From positions 450,001 through 482,000 of the forward strand of contig NZ_JAGIOS010000002.1 of assembly GCF_017876815.1 (NCBI RefSeq): a stretch of DNA of 32,000 bases, in the 5' to 3' direction. The position numbers and the translations under genes are program-made. Under the pieces are notes generated by a model that was not told the origin of the DNA, did not search any database, and saw only the letters and a program-made list of their open reading frames with translations. Of the stretch, positions 1 through 8,198 are shown in pieces. This stretch comes from Sinorhizobium meliloti. Lineage in GTDB: Bacteria; Pseudomonadota; Alphaproteobacteria; Rhizobiales; Rhizobiaceae. Positions within the stretch are counted from its first letter, which is position 1; each line of letters starts with the position of its first letter.

Positions 1-140
1 TAGCGTCTCATAATCGGAACGAGCGTGCCGGAGGCCACATATTCGTGTGTGATGCAATCGGGGAGCCAGGCGATGCCGAGTCGGGCCGCAACCAGAAGGA
101 ACAGCAAATTGCGTCCAGGCAACGTCGCCCGCTGGCGCAT
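1..140 (-). CDS. Partial ORF running off the left edge (hypothetical; LysR effector-domain-like remnant or N-terminus of a membrane/secreted protein)
   Basis: Minus-strand reading from ATG (complement of 138-140; another in-frame ATG at complement of 156-158) gives MRQRATLPGRNLLFLLVAARLGIAWLPDCITHEYVASGTLVPIM... with no stop before position 1. The GIAWLP...SG.LVP pattern resembles the C-terminal part of LysR effector domains. There is no room for the upstream ~200 residues, because the isochorismatase pseudogene starts at 192. It is therefore a truncated remnant or an unrelated hydrophobic N-terminus. Confidence 0.25.
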   Translation of the reverse strand, partial: MRQRATLPGRNLLFLLVAARLGIAWLPDCITHEYVASGTLVPIMRR

Positions 141-191
141 GTCTCCCGTGAAACCCATTGCCGTCCATAGCGGCGGACAAAGGAGGTCTTG

Positions 192-831
192 ATGACCCTC
201 GTAACGGACTTGATTCGCTTCTTCGTCCTCAAGACTCGGTCCTCGTTCTGATCGACCACCAGCCCTATCAGCTCACAAACGTGAACAGCCACGAACCGCA
301 GATGCTGGTCAACAATGCGGCGGCTCTGGCGAAGGCTGCCAAGGCCTTCGCCGTGCCCACGATTCTGACGAGCGTGATCGCTGATCGGGGCGGCCGCATC
401 TTCCCCCAGATCACTGACGTGTTTCCCGGCCAAGAGGTGATCGATCGGACGTTCATCCACACCTGGCAGGATGAGAAGGTCGTGGACGCGGTCAAGGCCA
501 CCGGCCGCAAGCAGCTCATCCTCGCGGTGGACCGAGATATGCGTTGCGCCGGCGATCCAGGCGCTCGGCGAAGGTTGGGACGTGACGGTTGTCACCGATG
601 CGTCCGGCGGCACTTCGGTCGAGGCCCACGAGGTCGCCATCCAGCGCATGATCACGGCTGGCGCGAACATGATGACCTGGCTGGCGGTGGCTGCGGAATG
701 GCAGCGCGGCTGGCCCCGGACATGCCGCCGAGCTTTCGGAGGTGCTCGTGCAGCATGCCGCCGGCAGCGGCATCGCCTTCCTTTGGGAGCAGCAGCTGCT
801 CAACACGCCGGTGCCAAAGGACGCGGGCTGA
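192..831 (+). pseudogene. Isochorismatase-family hydrolase (YcaC-like), disrupted by at least three frameshifts
   Basis: SD AAAGGAGG (178-185) plus ATG 192 opens MTLVT. The family-typical sequence then continues in other frames. First LDSLLRPQDSVLVLIDHQ...KATGRKQLILA (frame of ORF 158..973). Then WTEICVAPAIQALGEGWDVTVVTDASGGTSVEAHEVAIQRMITAGANMMTWLAVAAEWQRGW (frame of ORF 471..836). Then HAAELSEVLVQHAAGSGIAFLWEQQLLNTPVPKDAG-stop in the third frame (stop 829-831). Shifts lie near 207, 525 and 715. Confidence 0.8.
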
Positions 832-838
832 TCTGAGC

Positions 839-902
839 GGGGATGACGAGATTCTTGAACGACGCTTTGTGAGCCGATCGTTTGTCGAGCCTCGTCATCC
901 CC
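839..902. repeat. 12-bp perfect inverted repeat GGGGATGACGAG / CTCGTCATCCCC (839-850 / 891-902) with a 40-nt spacer
   Basis: Read directly from the sequence between the isochorismatase pseudogene and ku. Its left end (GAGCGGGGATGACGAG, 835-850) resembles the GAGCGGGATGAGGA box that opens the repeat copies at 5513 and 27971. Confidence 0.5.
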
Positions 903-1000
903 ATTCTGCTTCGCTCCGTATCTTTCAAGAGATTTGCCCCGTACCGGAACAAAGCGGAATGCGATTCGGTTGACTCCCCTGGATATGCAGGGAGTTAGCC

Positions 1001-1885
1001 ATGGCAGTCTCGGCACGAGCCCAATGGAAGGGCTATCTCCGATTTGGTGAAGTCACTGCGCCGGTGGCGCTATATACCGCGACGTCGACCTCCGACCGGA
1101 TCGCCTTCCACACGGTCAACCGCGAGACCGGAAACCGGGTGCGGCGCGAGTTCATTGACAGCGTCTCCGGCAAGCCGGTGGAAAAGGAAGATCAGGTCAA
1201 GGGCTACGAGATCGGCGACGAGCGATATGTGGTGCTCGAGCCGGAGGAAGTCGCCTCAGCCGTTCCGGAGAGCGACAAGACCTTGCGGGTCCAGGCATTC
1301 ATTCCCTGCGACGACGTCGAAAAGGTCTATTTCGACAAGCCCTATTATCTGACACCGGACAAGATGGGCACGGATGCCTTTGCCTTGCTTCGGGAAGGCA
1401 TGCGCAAGAAGAAGGTCGCCGCAATCGCCCAAACGGTCCTCTTCCGGCGCATGCGCACCGTTCTGCTTCGACCGCATGACAAGGGACTGATCGCTACGAC
1501 CCTGAACTTCGACTACGAGGTCCGGAGCGCAAAGGAGGCCTTCAAGGAGATTCCGGACACCAAGATCGAGGGCGAGATGCTCGATCTCGCCAAGCACATC
1601 ATCGGCATGAAGAAGGGCACTTTCTCGGCCGAAGAATTCGACGATCGCTACGAGGCCGCGCTCGCCGATCTGATCAAGGCCAAGCTCGAAGGCAAGTCGC
1701 TGCCGAAACGCGCACCGCCGAAAGTCTCGAAAGCCAATGACCTGCTCGAGGCGCTCCGCCAAAGCGCCGGGATGAAGAAGCCCCCGGCAGCCTCGAAGAA
1801 GCGCGCGGGCAAGGAAAGCGCGGCAAAGACCAAGGCGAAAACGGCTGCAAAGAGCGCGCCCGCCCAGCGCCGCCGCGCCAGCTAG
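1001..1885 (+). CDS. ku: Ku protein (non-homologous end joining), paralog 1
   Basis: 294 aa. N-terminus ...WKGYLRFGEVTAPVALYTATS...IAFHTVNRETGNRV and core YFDKPYYLTPDK are bacterial Ku hallmarks. It has a lysine/alanine-rich basic C-terminal tail. SD GGGAG lies 6 nt upstream of the ATG. Confidence 0.95.
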   Translation: MAVSARAQWKGYLRFGEVTAPVALYTATSTSDRIAFHTVNRETGNRVRREFIDSVSGKPVEKEDQVKGYEIGDERYVVLEPEEVASAVPESDKTLRVQAFIPCDDVEKVYFDKPYYLTPDKMGTDAFALLREGMRKKKVAAIAQTVLFRRMRTVLLRPHDKGLIATTLNFDYEVRSAKEAFKEIPDTKIEGEMLDLAKHIIGMKKGTFSAEEFDDRYEAALADLIKAKLEGKSLPKRAPPKVSKANDLLEALRQSAGMKKPPAASKKRAGKESAAKTKAKTAAKSAPAQRRRAS

Positions 1886-1896
1886 GGAGGTGAACG

Positions 1897-2715
1897 ATGG
1901 CGCCCCCACGCCCATACTGGAAAGGCTACCTGAAGCTCTCGCTCGTCACCTGCCCCGTCTCGATGATGCCGGCGACCAGCGAGTCCGAGAAGGTCCGCTT
2001 CCACACGCTCAACCGCAAGTCCAACAACCGCGTCGTGTCCAGGTATGTCGATGCGGTGACCGGCAAGGAGGTCGACGAAGACGACGAGGTGAAAGGTTAC
2101 GAGCGCGGTGAAAACGATTTCCTCGTGATCGAGGACGAAGAGCTGGAGAGTGTCGCTCTCGAAAGTGCGAGGACGATCGACATCGAGAAATTCGTTCCGC
2201 GCGATATGATCGAATGGATCTGGCTGGAGAAGCCTCACTACCTTACGCCTTCGGACGAAGTCGGCCACGAAGCATTCAGCGTGATCCGCGACGCCATGGT
2301 AGCCGAGAAGGTCGCCGGCATTTCCCGGCTCGTGATCGGCCGCCGCGAACGAGCCGTGATGCTGGAACCGTGCGGCAAAGGCATCGTCGTATGGACCCTT
2401 CGCTATGGCGACGAGCTGCGCAAGCCGGAGAACTATTTCGCCGATATCGGCGATGGGGATAACGATCCGAAACTGATGAGCCTCGTCACCTCGCTGATCG
2501 AAGAGCGCAGCAAACCGTGGAATCCCAACATGGTCAGCGATCCCGTTCAAGAAAAGCTGCTCGAAATTATAGAAAGCAAGCGGAAGTCGGCGAAGAAGGT
2601 AGCCAAGCCGAAAGCCAAGGAGGGAGAGCCGGTCCACGCCGGGAACGTCATCGACCTCATGGCGGCGCTCAAGGGAAGCCTCGAGAAAAAGAAACCCGGG
2701 GGCAAGAAGTCTTAA
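1897..2715 (+). CDS. ku: Ku protein (non-homologous end joining), paralog 2
   Basis: 272 aa. YWKGYLKLSLVTCPVSMMPATS...VRFHTLNRKSNNRV and LEKPHYLTPSD motifs, with a basic K-rich tail. It starts 11 nt after the stop of the first ku and has its own SD (GGAGGTG), so the two form an operon. Confidence 0.95.
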   Translation: MAPPRPYWKGYLKLSLVTCPVSMMPATSESEKVRFHTLNRKSNNRVVSRYVDAVTGKEVDEDDEVKGYERGENDFLVIEDEELESVALESARTIDIEKFVPRDMIEWIWLEKPHYLTPSDEVGHEAFSVIRDAMVAEKVAGISRLVIGRRERAVMLEPCGKGIVVWTLRYGDELRKPENYFADIGDGDNDPKLMSLVTSLIEERSKPWNPNMVSDPVQEKLLEIIESKRKSAKKVAKPKAKEGEPVHAGNVIDLMAALKGSLEKKKPGGKKS

Positions 2716-2838
2716 GGAGGGATGGCGAGCGGCTTACGTGGAGCTACCCAGGTACCCCGCGGGTGGCAACATCGGTACATCCAACATTGCTCGGTCGTCG
2801 GCCAGGTTGGCCTGCGCCCTGTGGCGCGGTTTTGGAAA

Positions 2839-3683
2839 GTGTCGAATCTAGGAACTCCGACCTTCGAGCAGCTCCGCGTCTTTCTGGCGGTGGTCGATAG
2901 CGGAAGCGTTGCCGGGGCCGCGTGCAAGCTCAACCACGCCGTCTTGGTCATCACCTACGGTGTGGCCAATCTCGAATCGCAGCTGGACCTTGAACTATTC
3001 GAGCACGGGCACGCGCAAACCGCAACTCACGGCCGCCGGGCGCGCCGTGCTCGCCAAAGCGAATGGGCTCGCCGAAGGTATCGACGGCCTGCGCACCAAG
3101 GTCAAGGCCCTGCATGACGGGCTGGAAGTAGAAGTGGATATGGCCGTCGACGTCATGCTGCCGAGGAGCGGCTGGGAAAGGTGCTGCGAGCCTTCGCCGA
3201 AGCGCTCCGACTGCATGTCGAGGCGCTCGGGGCGGTGACCGCGGCAGTACTGGACCACAACGCCATCATCGGCATCTCCGGTCCCTTGGCGACCGGCGTT
3301 CGAGGCGTGAGTGCATCGCGGCGGGCTCCGTATCAATGGCCCCAGTGGCGGCACCCCATCACCCGCTCGGGCGCATGGAGCGGACCGCAGGCGGGGATTT
3401 TTTCGTGCACAGCCCGCGTCGGCTTGCGGATCTTGGCGTGAAGCAGCGCTGTTGCGCGAGGGAATCGGCCTGCGGAAACATGCCTCTCCCACTCATACAA
3501 CCCGACCTGGCAAGTGGTGCGCTGCTCCGGCTTTCCATGCCGGACCACAAGGGGGGCATCTACCGTTTCGGCGGCATCTGGCGCCGGGATACCCCGCCGG
3601 GCCCGGCCGCGGCGTGGCTGCTGAACCAGTTCCTGATGCTCGGAGCCGCGGACATCGAAGAAGCGGGACTTTCCGACATTTAG
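2839..3683 (+). pseudogene. LysR-family transcriptional regulator, heavily frameshifted pseudogene
   Basis: The HTH region PTFEQLRVFLAVVDSGSVAGAACKLN... starts at GTG 2839. Continuations are found in alternating frames: GTRKPQLTAAGRAVLAKANGLAEGIDGLRTKVKALHDGLEVEVDMAVDVMLP; EERLGKVLRAFAEALRLHVEALGAVTAAVLDHNAIIGISGPL; VAAPHHPLGR; EAALLREGIGL; GNMPLPLIQPDLASGALLRLSMPDHKGGIYRFGGIWRRDTPPGPAAAWLLNQF-stop. At least five frame changes are needed (near 3005, 3160, 3330, 3440 and 3473). Confidence 0.85.
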
Positions 3684-3685
3684 TA

Positions 3686-3740
3686 GAGCACTTCCAGGAA
3701 AATGTGTAACGGTTTTCCGTCCGGAAGTGCTTAGTTTTAA
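3686..3740 (+). repeat. Structured intergenic repeat, copy a (RIME-like family)
   Basis: GAGCACTTCCAGGAAAATGTGTAACGGTTTTCCGTCCGGAAGTGCTTAG. It contains an internal 9-bp inverted repeat AGCACTTCC / GGAAGTGCT (3687-3695 / 3723-3731) around the conserved core AAAATGTG..CGGTTTTCCG. About 40 nt match the reverse complement of 28994-29028. Confidence 0.6.
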
Positions 3741-4144
3741 CGGTTGGAACAGGCTTGCGCGCCCAAGGGCGCCGAGCTCAGCAGATCGCTTGAGCCGGTG
3801 CGGCGGTATCCGGCGCGACCGCAGACGGAAGAGGTGCTTGGTGCTGGAAGGGTTGGTGGCCAGACGATGGGTGGTCGGACGATGACCAGGGCGGTGGAAA
3901 CCCCCATTCCCCAAACAGCGAAATGGCGTGACCACACAACAGAGTTGCAGATGGACTGGCCAGGTCCGCCGCAGCTCCGATCGCGACGTGTTCTTTATCT
4001 GGCTGGGGCTTATTCGGCCTGGTCCATTCAAGGGAATCGCTTAGCTAGAACTTCGCTGAGATAAGTGGGACGCGCGTGATGCGTGCCGCCTTGGCAACCC
4101 CTCATCACAGGTCTAGATTACCACTCGCGGCGAAGGGGGCCCTG

Positions 4145-4945
4145 ATGACATCAAGCTTCAACGTGCATGATGCAGCCGGCTATGAGCAGCTTATGGGCCG
4201 CTGGAGCCGGAAGCTTGCGCCGAAATTCATAGACTTTGCCGGCGTCGCCGATGGCGAAAAGGTCTTGGATGTCGGCTGCGGCACCGGCAGTCTCACCTTC
4301 GCGCTCGCGGATGCCGCCAGGCTCAAAGAGATCGCCGCGATCGACTATTCACCCGTCTTCGTGGAGGAGGCGACCCGGCGCAACACCAATCCGCGCATAA
4401 AGATTAGAGAAGCGGATGCCTGCGCCCTGCCGTTCGAAGACAGGACGTTCGACCGCGCCTTCGCCCTTCTCGTGCTCCACTTCGTCCCCGAAGCGGGCCA
4501 GGCCGTGGCCGAGATGCGCCGCGTGGTGCGTCCGGGTGGCGTCGTCGCGGCGGCGGTGTGGGACCATCTCGGCGGAATGCCCGGTATGCGCATGATGGTC
4601 GACACAGTGGCGGCGCTCAGCGAAGGCGGGCGCCGACTTCGCGCCCGCTACTGCTTCCAGCCGATGATGCAGCCAGGAGAAATGAAGCGGACATTCGTCG
4701 AGCAGGGTCTCGCGAACATTACGGAAAGCGAGCTGATGATCCGCATGGATTACGGGAACTTCGACGATTACTGGGCGCCCATTGGCGCCGGCGAAGGGCC
4801 GCTCGGAAAATATGTGGCAACGCTTGATGCGGAGGAGCGGGCGCGCACCGGTGCCGCCGTGCGCGACGCTTACGAGGCCGGCCGGCCCGACGGTCCGCGC
4901 TCCTTTGCGAACGTCGCCTGGGTCTGCCGGGGCACAGTTCCGTGA
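4145..4945 (+). CDS. Class I SAM-dependent methyltransferase (Methyltransf_11-like)
   Basis: SAM motif KVLDVGCGTGSLTFAL, followed by FDRAFALLVLHFVP and VVRPGGVVAAAVWD. ATG 4145 follows AAGGGGG; the ORF track starts earlier at 4076, without an SD. Confidence 0.85.
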   Translation: MTSSFNVHDAAGYEQLMGRWSRKLAPKFIDFAGVADGEKVLDVGCGTGSLTFALADAARLKEIAAIDYSPVFVEEATRRNTNPRIKIREADACALPFEDRTFDRAFALLVLHFVPEAGQAVAEMRRVVRPGGVVAAAVWDHLGGMPGMRMMVDTVAALSEGGRRLRARYCFQPMMQPGEMKRTFVEQGLANITESELMIRMDYGNFDDYWAPIGAGEGPLGKYVATLDAEERARTGAAVRDAYEAGRPDGPRSFANVAWVCRGTVP

Positions 4946-5013
4946 TCGAGCCGCACGCTAACGCGTTCACTGACATTCTCAGCCGGTCCGCTTGGCCAGC
5001 ATAGGCACACGAC

Positions 5014-5289
5014 CTAATGCAGAACAGGCGGCGCTTCACGCCGGAACAGCGCGATCAGCGAGATACCGTGCTGCAAAAGAAGCTCCGCGGCCGGCAAATC
5101 CATCGTCGCGACGTCTTCGGCGCAACCGCTGATAATTCTGGCGAGACTGATCGAGTTTGCTGCAAACCGATCATCGCCGATTTCCTGTGCCTCGTCCGCG
5201 GTGGCTTCAAGTGCGTCCGCGACGAGGGTCATCAGGTTTGCGCGCTCGCGAGGCGTCATCTCATTCAGGGTCTTGGCAGAATCCCGCAT
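5014..5289 (-). CDS. Hypothetical small acidic protein (91 aa)
   Basis: Open frame with a good SD (AAGGAG, 6 nt before the ATG at complement of 5287-5289). No family recognised by eye. Confidence 0.55.
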   Translation of the reverse strand: MRDSAKTLNEMTPRERANLMTLVADALEATADEAQEIGDDRFAANSISLARIISGCAEDVATMDLPAAELLLQHGISLIALFRREAPPVLH

Positions 5290-5512
5290 TGCTGGCTCCT
5301 TTAGTCGTTAAGGCGGCCTCCGCAGGCGCGGCCGGTCGGCCGGGCGGACGTATGCCACGTTTATTGTTGGAGTCCGGGTCGAAGCTTTCATTGCATAGAT
5401 CGGTATCAGGCACGGCGAATGCAAGGAATGGCTACTATGCGGCTACCGCATGCCGGGCTGCTACCGGCAACCACGCTCCGGATGATCCGTGAAGGTCACT
5501 GTCCACGTCTTC

Positions 5513-5623
5513 AGAGCGGGATGAGGAGAACTGCATGCGGTTTTCCGCCCGCGTGCCGCCCTGCTTATTAGAATCGATTACCTCCATGATTTTAGGCCGA
5601 TCCGACTTGAAATCATAGTGATC
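5513..5623 (+). repeat. Structured intergenic repeat, copy b (RIME-like family)
   Basis: AGAGCGGGATGAGGAGAACTGCATGCGGTTTTCCGCCCGC...GAATCGAT...AAATCATAGTGATC. It aligns end to end with the reverse complement of 27855-27971, with identical blocks AGAGCGGGATGAGGA, GCGGTTTTCCGCCCGC, GAATCGAT and GTGATC. Confidence 0.65.
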
Positions 5624-5631
5624 TAAGCGGC

Positions 5632-5994
5632 CTATGTCCCTCCCCGCTCCAGCCACGCCTTCAGCGCAACCGCATTGTTGTGGGCCTCGTCGCGCGCCGC
5701 ATAAAGCAGCGTCAGCGGCCCCTCACTCAACCGTTCGCGCAACTCCGCCGCCGCCGCCCCCGCCGCCCCGCTCTCGAGCTCCTCCGCATAGGCGACGCAG
5801 AACGCATTCCAATCCTGCGGCTTCCCATGAAACCGCTTGCGCAGCGCGTCGCTGGGCGCAATGTCCTTGAGCCAGAGGTCGATGCCGGCCTTTTCCTTGG
5901 TGACGCCGCGCGGCCATAGCCGGTCGACGAGAATGCGCGTCCCGTCGGACGCCTCGGGCGCCTGGTAGACGCGCTTCAACTGGAGTGATGCCAT
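5632..5994 (-). CDS. yeaO: DUF488 family protein (YeaO-like)
   Basis: 120 aa from MASLQLKRVYQAPEASDGTRILVDRLWPRGVTKEKAGIDLWLKDIAPSDALRKRFHG...PLTLLYAARDEAHNNAVALKAWL. This is collinear with my recollection of E. coli YeaO (KRVYD..E.SDGYRILVDRLWPRG...LRK.FHG...LTLLYSAK). Confidence 0.85.
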   Translation of the reverse strand: MASLQLKRVYQAPEASDGTRILVDRLWPRGVTKEKAGIDLWLKDIAPSDALRKRFHGKPQDWNAFCVAYAEELESGAAGAAAAELRERLSEGPLTLLYAARDEAHNNAVALKAWLERGGT

Positions 5995-6076
5995 AGGGTC
6001 CCCATGAGACGGGCCGGGGCGGCCGTAACCTTCCCCGGCGAGGAAAACTGCTTTCATCCAGCGTAGCGGAGCCTTC

Positions 6077-6562
6077 CTAATCGTGGAAGAATCCCTGTAT
6101 CTCTTCCGGCGTGACCTTGCCGTCGCGGTTGATATCGACCTTGTCGAAAACCCGCTTGTGAATGGTGCTGATCTCCTCGAAGGAAAGAGCGCCGTCATTG
6201 TCCGCATCGGTGATGGCGAACATGATCTTCATCATCTGGCGGTGCATCGTCTGCCGGTGCATCATCATGTCCCGCATTCGGTCGCGGTGCCGCATTCGGT
6301 CGCGGTGCCGCATCCGGTCGCCGCGCTTCCCGTCGCCGCGTACCATGTCCTCGCGCATCATGTCTGGCTGATCGCCTTGGGTGACGCTTCCAGCGCCCCC
6401 CTGATCGCCGGGTTGCAAGTCGGGTTCAATGGCCTGATCCTGGGCCGGCATTTCTCCTGCGGGCGGAATTGGAGCGGGGGCCTGCGCGGCGGCGGCCGTT
6501 GCGGCGCTGATGGCCATGGTGGCGGCAAGAGCCGTCACGGTCGGAAATTTCATCGGTGACAT
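6077..6562 (-). CDS. Secreted/periplasmic EF-hand calcium-binding protein with a Met/His/Arg/Asp-rich repeat region
   Basis: 161 aa from MSPMKFPTVTALAATMAISAATAAAAQA (signal-peptide-like). Two canonical EF loops are present, DADNDGALSFEE and DINRDGKVTPEE. SD GGAGGA precedes the ATG at complement of 6560-6562. Confidence 0.85.
   Translation of the reverse strand: MSPMKFPTVTALAATMAISAATAAAAQAPAPIPPAGEMPAQDQAIEPDLQPGDQGGAGSVTQGDQPDMMREDMVRGDGKRGDRMRHRDRMRHRDRMRDMMMHRQTMHRQMMKIMFAITDADNDGALSFEEISTIHKRVFDKVDINRDGKVTPEEIQGFFHD
6272..6325. repeat. Tandem 18-bp repeat (about 3 units) inside the EF-hand gene
   Basis: CCGCATTCGGTCGCGGTG occurs twice exactly (6272-6289, 6290-6307), followed by a degenerate third unit CCGCATCCGGTCGCCGCG. 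It encodes the RHRDRM RHRDRM repeat on the minus strand. Confidence 0.8.
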
Positions 6563-6734
6563 GTGAGCTCCTCCTCGAGTTGCACGTCGGGGTGCGGTAG
6601 CGGCTGCATTGTCCTTGCACGGCGCGGCGGCTTCGCCGCGGTCATGGAACAGCCGCCTCATCGCCTGCTAACCGCAAGGGCGTGGAGAGGTTCCGATACG
6701 CGCCGCCCTTCTTTCGGAGCCGGGCAAAAGCGCC

Positions 6735-8156
6735 TTACACCTCAGTGCCATCACGAACGGCGCGCCAGGCGGCGATGACCGCCCCGGCGGCTACCTCGCC
6801 GGCGCGGTCGTCTGTCAGCCAGGAGATGACCGACATCCGCATCACCCTGCGGCCGCGCCAGACGGCGCCACCGGCGAACAGGATGCCGTCGGCCTGCAGC
6901 CGGGCGGTCGTCGCCTGGGTCAGCCGGTCGCCTTCCTCACCCGGCATTGCCGCTCCGAAGCGCACAAGGACCTGATTGAGGGCTACCTCGTTCAGGACGT
7001 TTATGCCGTCTTCGCGGCTCAGCCGCTGGGCGATGGCGCGGGCGACGCGGCAGTGCCGGTCGACCATGGCGGCAATGCCTTCGCGTCCCAGATGCTTGAT
7101 CATCGCCCAGGTGGCAAAACCGCGGGCTCGGCGCGACAGTTCGGGCACGAAATGGCTCGGGTCCCGTTCACCTTCGGTGGTCGGCGGCAGGTAGCTCGCG
7201 GCGATCGTCATCGCCCGGCGATGCGCTTCCTGATCGCGGATGATGGCATATCCGCAGTCATAGGGCGTCTGCAGCCATTTGTGCCCATCGGTCGCCCAGG
7301 AGTGGGCTTCGTTGATCCCGTCGGTGAGCCCGCGCTTTCCGGGAGTGGCGCGCGCCCATAGGCCGAAGGCGCCGTCGACATGAACCCAGGCGCCCAAACC
7401 CCGGGCAATCGGCATAATGCCAGCGAAGTCGTCGAAGGCACCGGTATTGATCTGTCCTGCCTGCAGTATCGCAATGCAGGGACCGGAGACCTGCGCCGCT
7501 GCCCCGGCGAAAGCCGGCCCGGTGATGCGACCCATTTCGTCGGTCTGGACGCGAAGCAAGCGGTCGTGCCCGAAGCCGAGAAACTGCAGCGCCGAAAAGA
7601 CCGTCGCATGCGCGTCGTCGCCGATCAGGACCACGACCGGCGGCGCGCCGAAGAGGCCCTGCGCCTCGACATCCCATCCGGCCTGCCGCAGCACCTCTCC
7701 CCGCGCTGCGGCAAGGCAGATGAAATTGGCAAGCGTCGCCCCGGTCGCAAAACCGACGGAACTCTCCCGCGGCAGGTCGAGAAGATCGAGCAGCCAGTAG
7801 GCCGCGATCGCCTCGGCGGCGGCTGCGGCCGGCGCCGCGTGGTGGTTGCCGGCGTTCTGGCCCCAGGCGCTCGTCATCCAGTCGGCCGCAACCCCAACCG
7901 GATGCGAACCGCCGATGACCCAGCCGAAGAAGCGCGGCCCGGTCATCGCGTGAAGCCCCGGCTCCGCCTTGGCGGCAAGCTCGCCGATCACCTCGCTACC
8001 GGCGCTTCCCCGTTCCGGCAGAGTTTCACGAAAGGTCTCCAAGGCGGCGGGGTAGGATAGCTCCGGCCGCTGCGGCAGCTCCGTAATTTTCTCGCGGAAA
8101 CGCGCGGCGTGTTCCGCCGCGCATTGAAGAATTTCGCGGGTCGTCTCCTCCTTCAT
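6735..8156 (-). CDS. Pyridoxal-phosphate-dependent decarboxylase (group II, aromatic/other amino acid decarboxylase family)
   Basis: 473 aa. ATGATLANFICLAAAR, VHVDGAFGLWA and the PLP-lysine context SWATDGHKWLQTPYDCG are typical of group II decarboxylases. SD GGAGG lies upstream of ATG 8156. Confidence 0.9.
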   Translation of the reverse strand: MKEETTREILQCAAEHAARFREKITELPQRPELSYPAALETFRETLPERGSAGSEVIGELAAKAEPGLHAMTGPRFFGWVIGGSHPVGVAADWMTSAWGQNAGNHHAAPAAAAAEAIAAYWLLDLLDLPRESSVGFATGATLANFICLAAARGEVLRQAGWDVEAQGLFGAPPVVVLIGDDAHATVFSALQFLGFGHDRLLRVQTDEMGRITGPAFAGAAAQVSGPCIAILQAGQINTGAFDDFAGIMPIARGLGAWVHVDGAFGLWARATPGKRGLTDGINEAHSWATDGHKWLQTPYDCGYAIIRDQEAHRRAMTIAASYLPPTTEGERDPSHFVPELSRRARGFATWAMIKHLGREGIAAMVDRHCRVARAIAQRLSREDGINVLNEVALNQVLVRFGAAMPGEEGDRLTQATTARLQADGILFAGGAVWRGRRVMRMSVISWLTDDRAGEVAAGAVIAAWRAVRDGTEV

Positions 8157-8198
8157 GAACTGCCTCCAGGTGTTGCCTTACGAACGAGGCCGCCCGCT

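Noticed and set aside
192-831. Possibility that the isochorismatase or LysR (2839-3683) frame changes are programmed ribosomal frameshifts.
   Set aside because: Each gene needs several shifts in both directions. There are no slippery heptamers or downstream structures at the sites, and apparently some residues are missing (for example only 1 nt lies between the Ala and Trp codons near 525). This is decay, not recoding.
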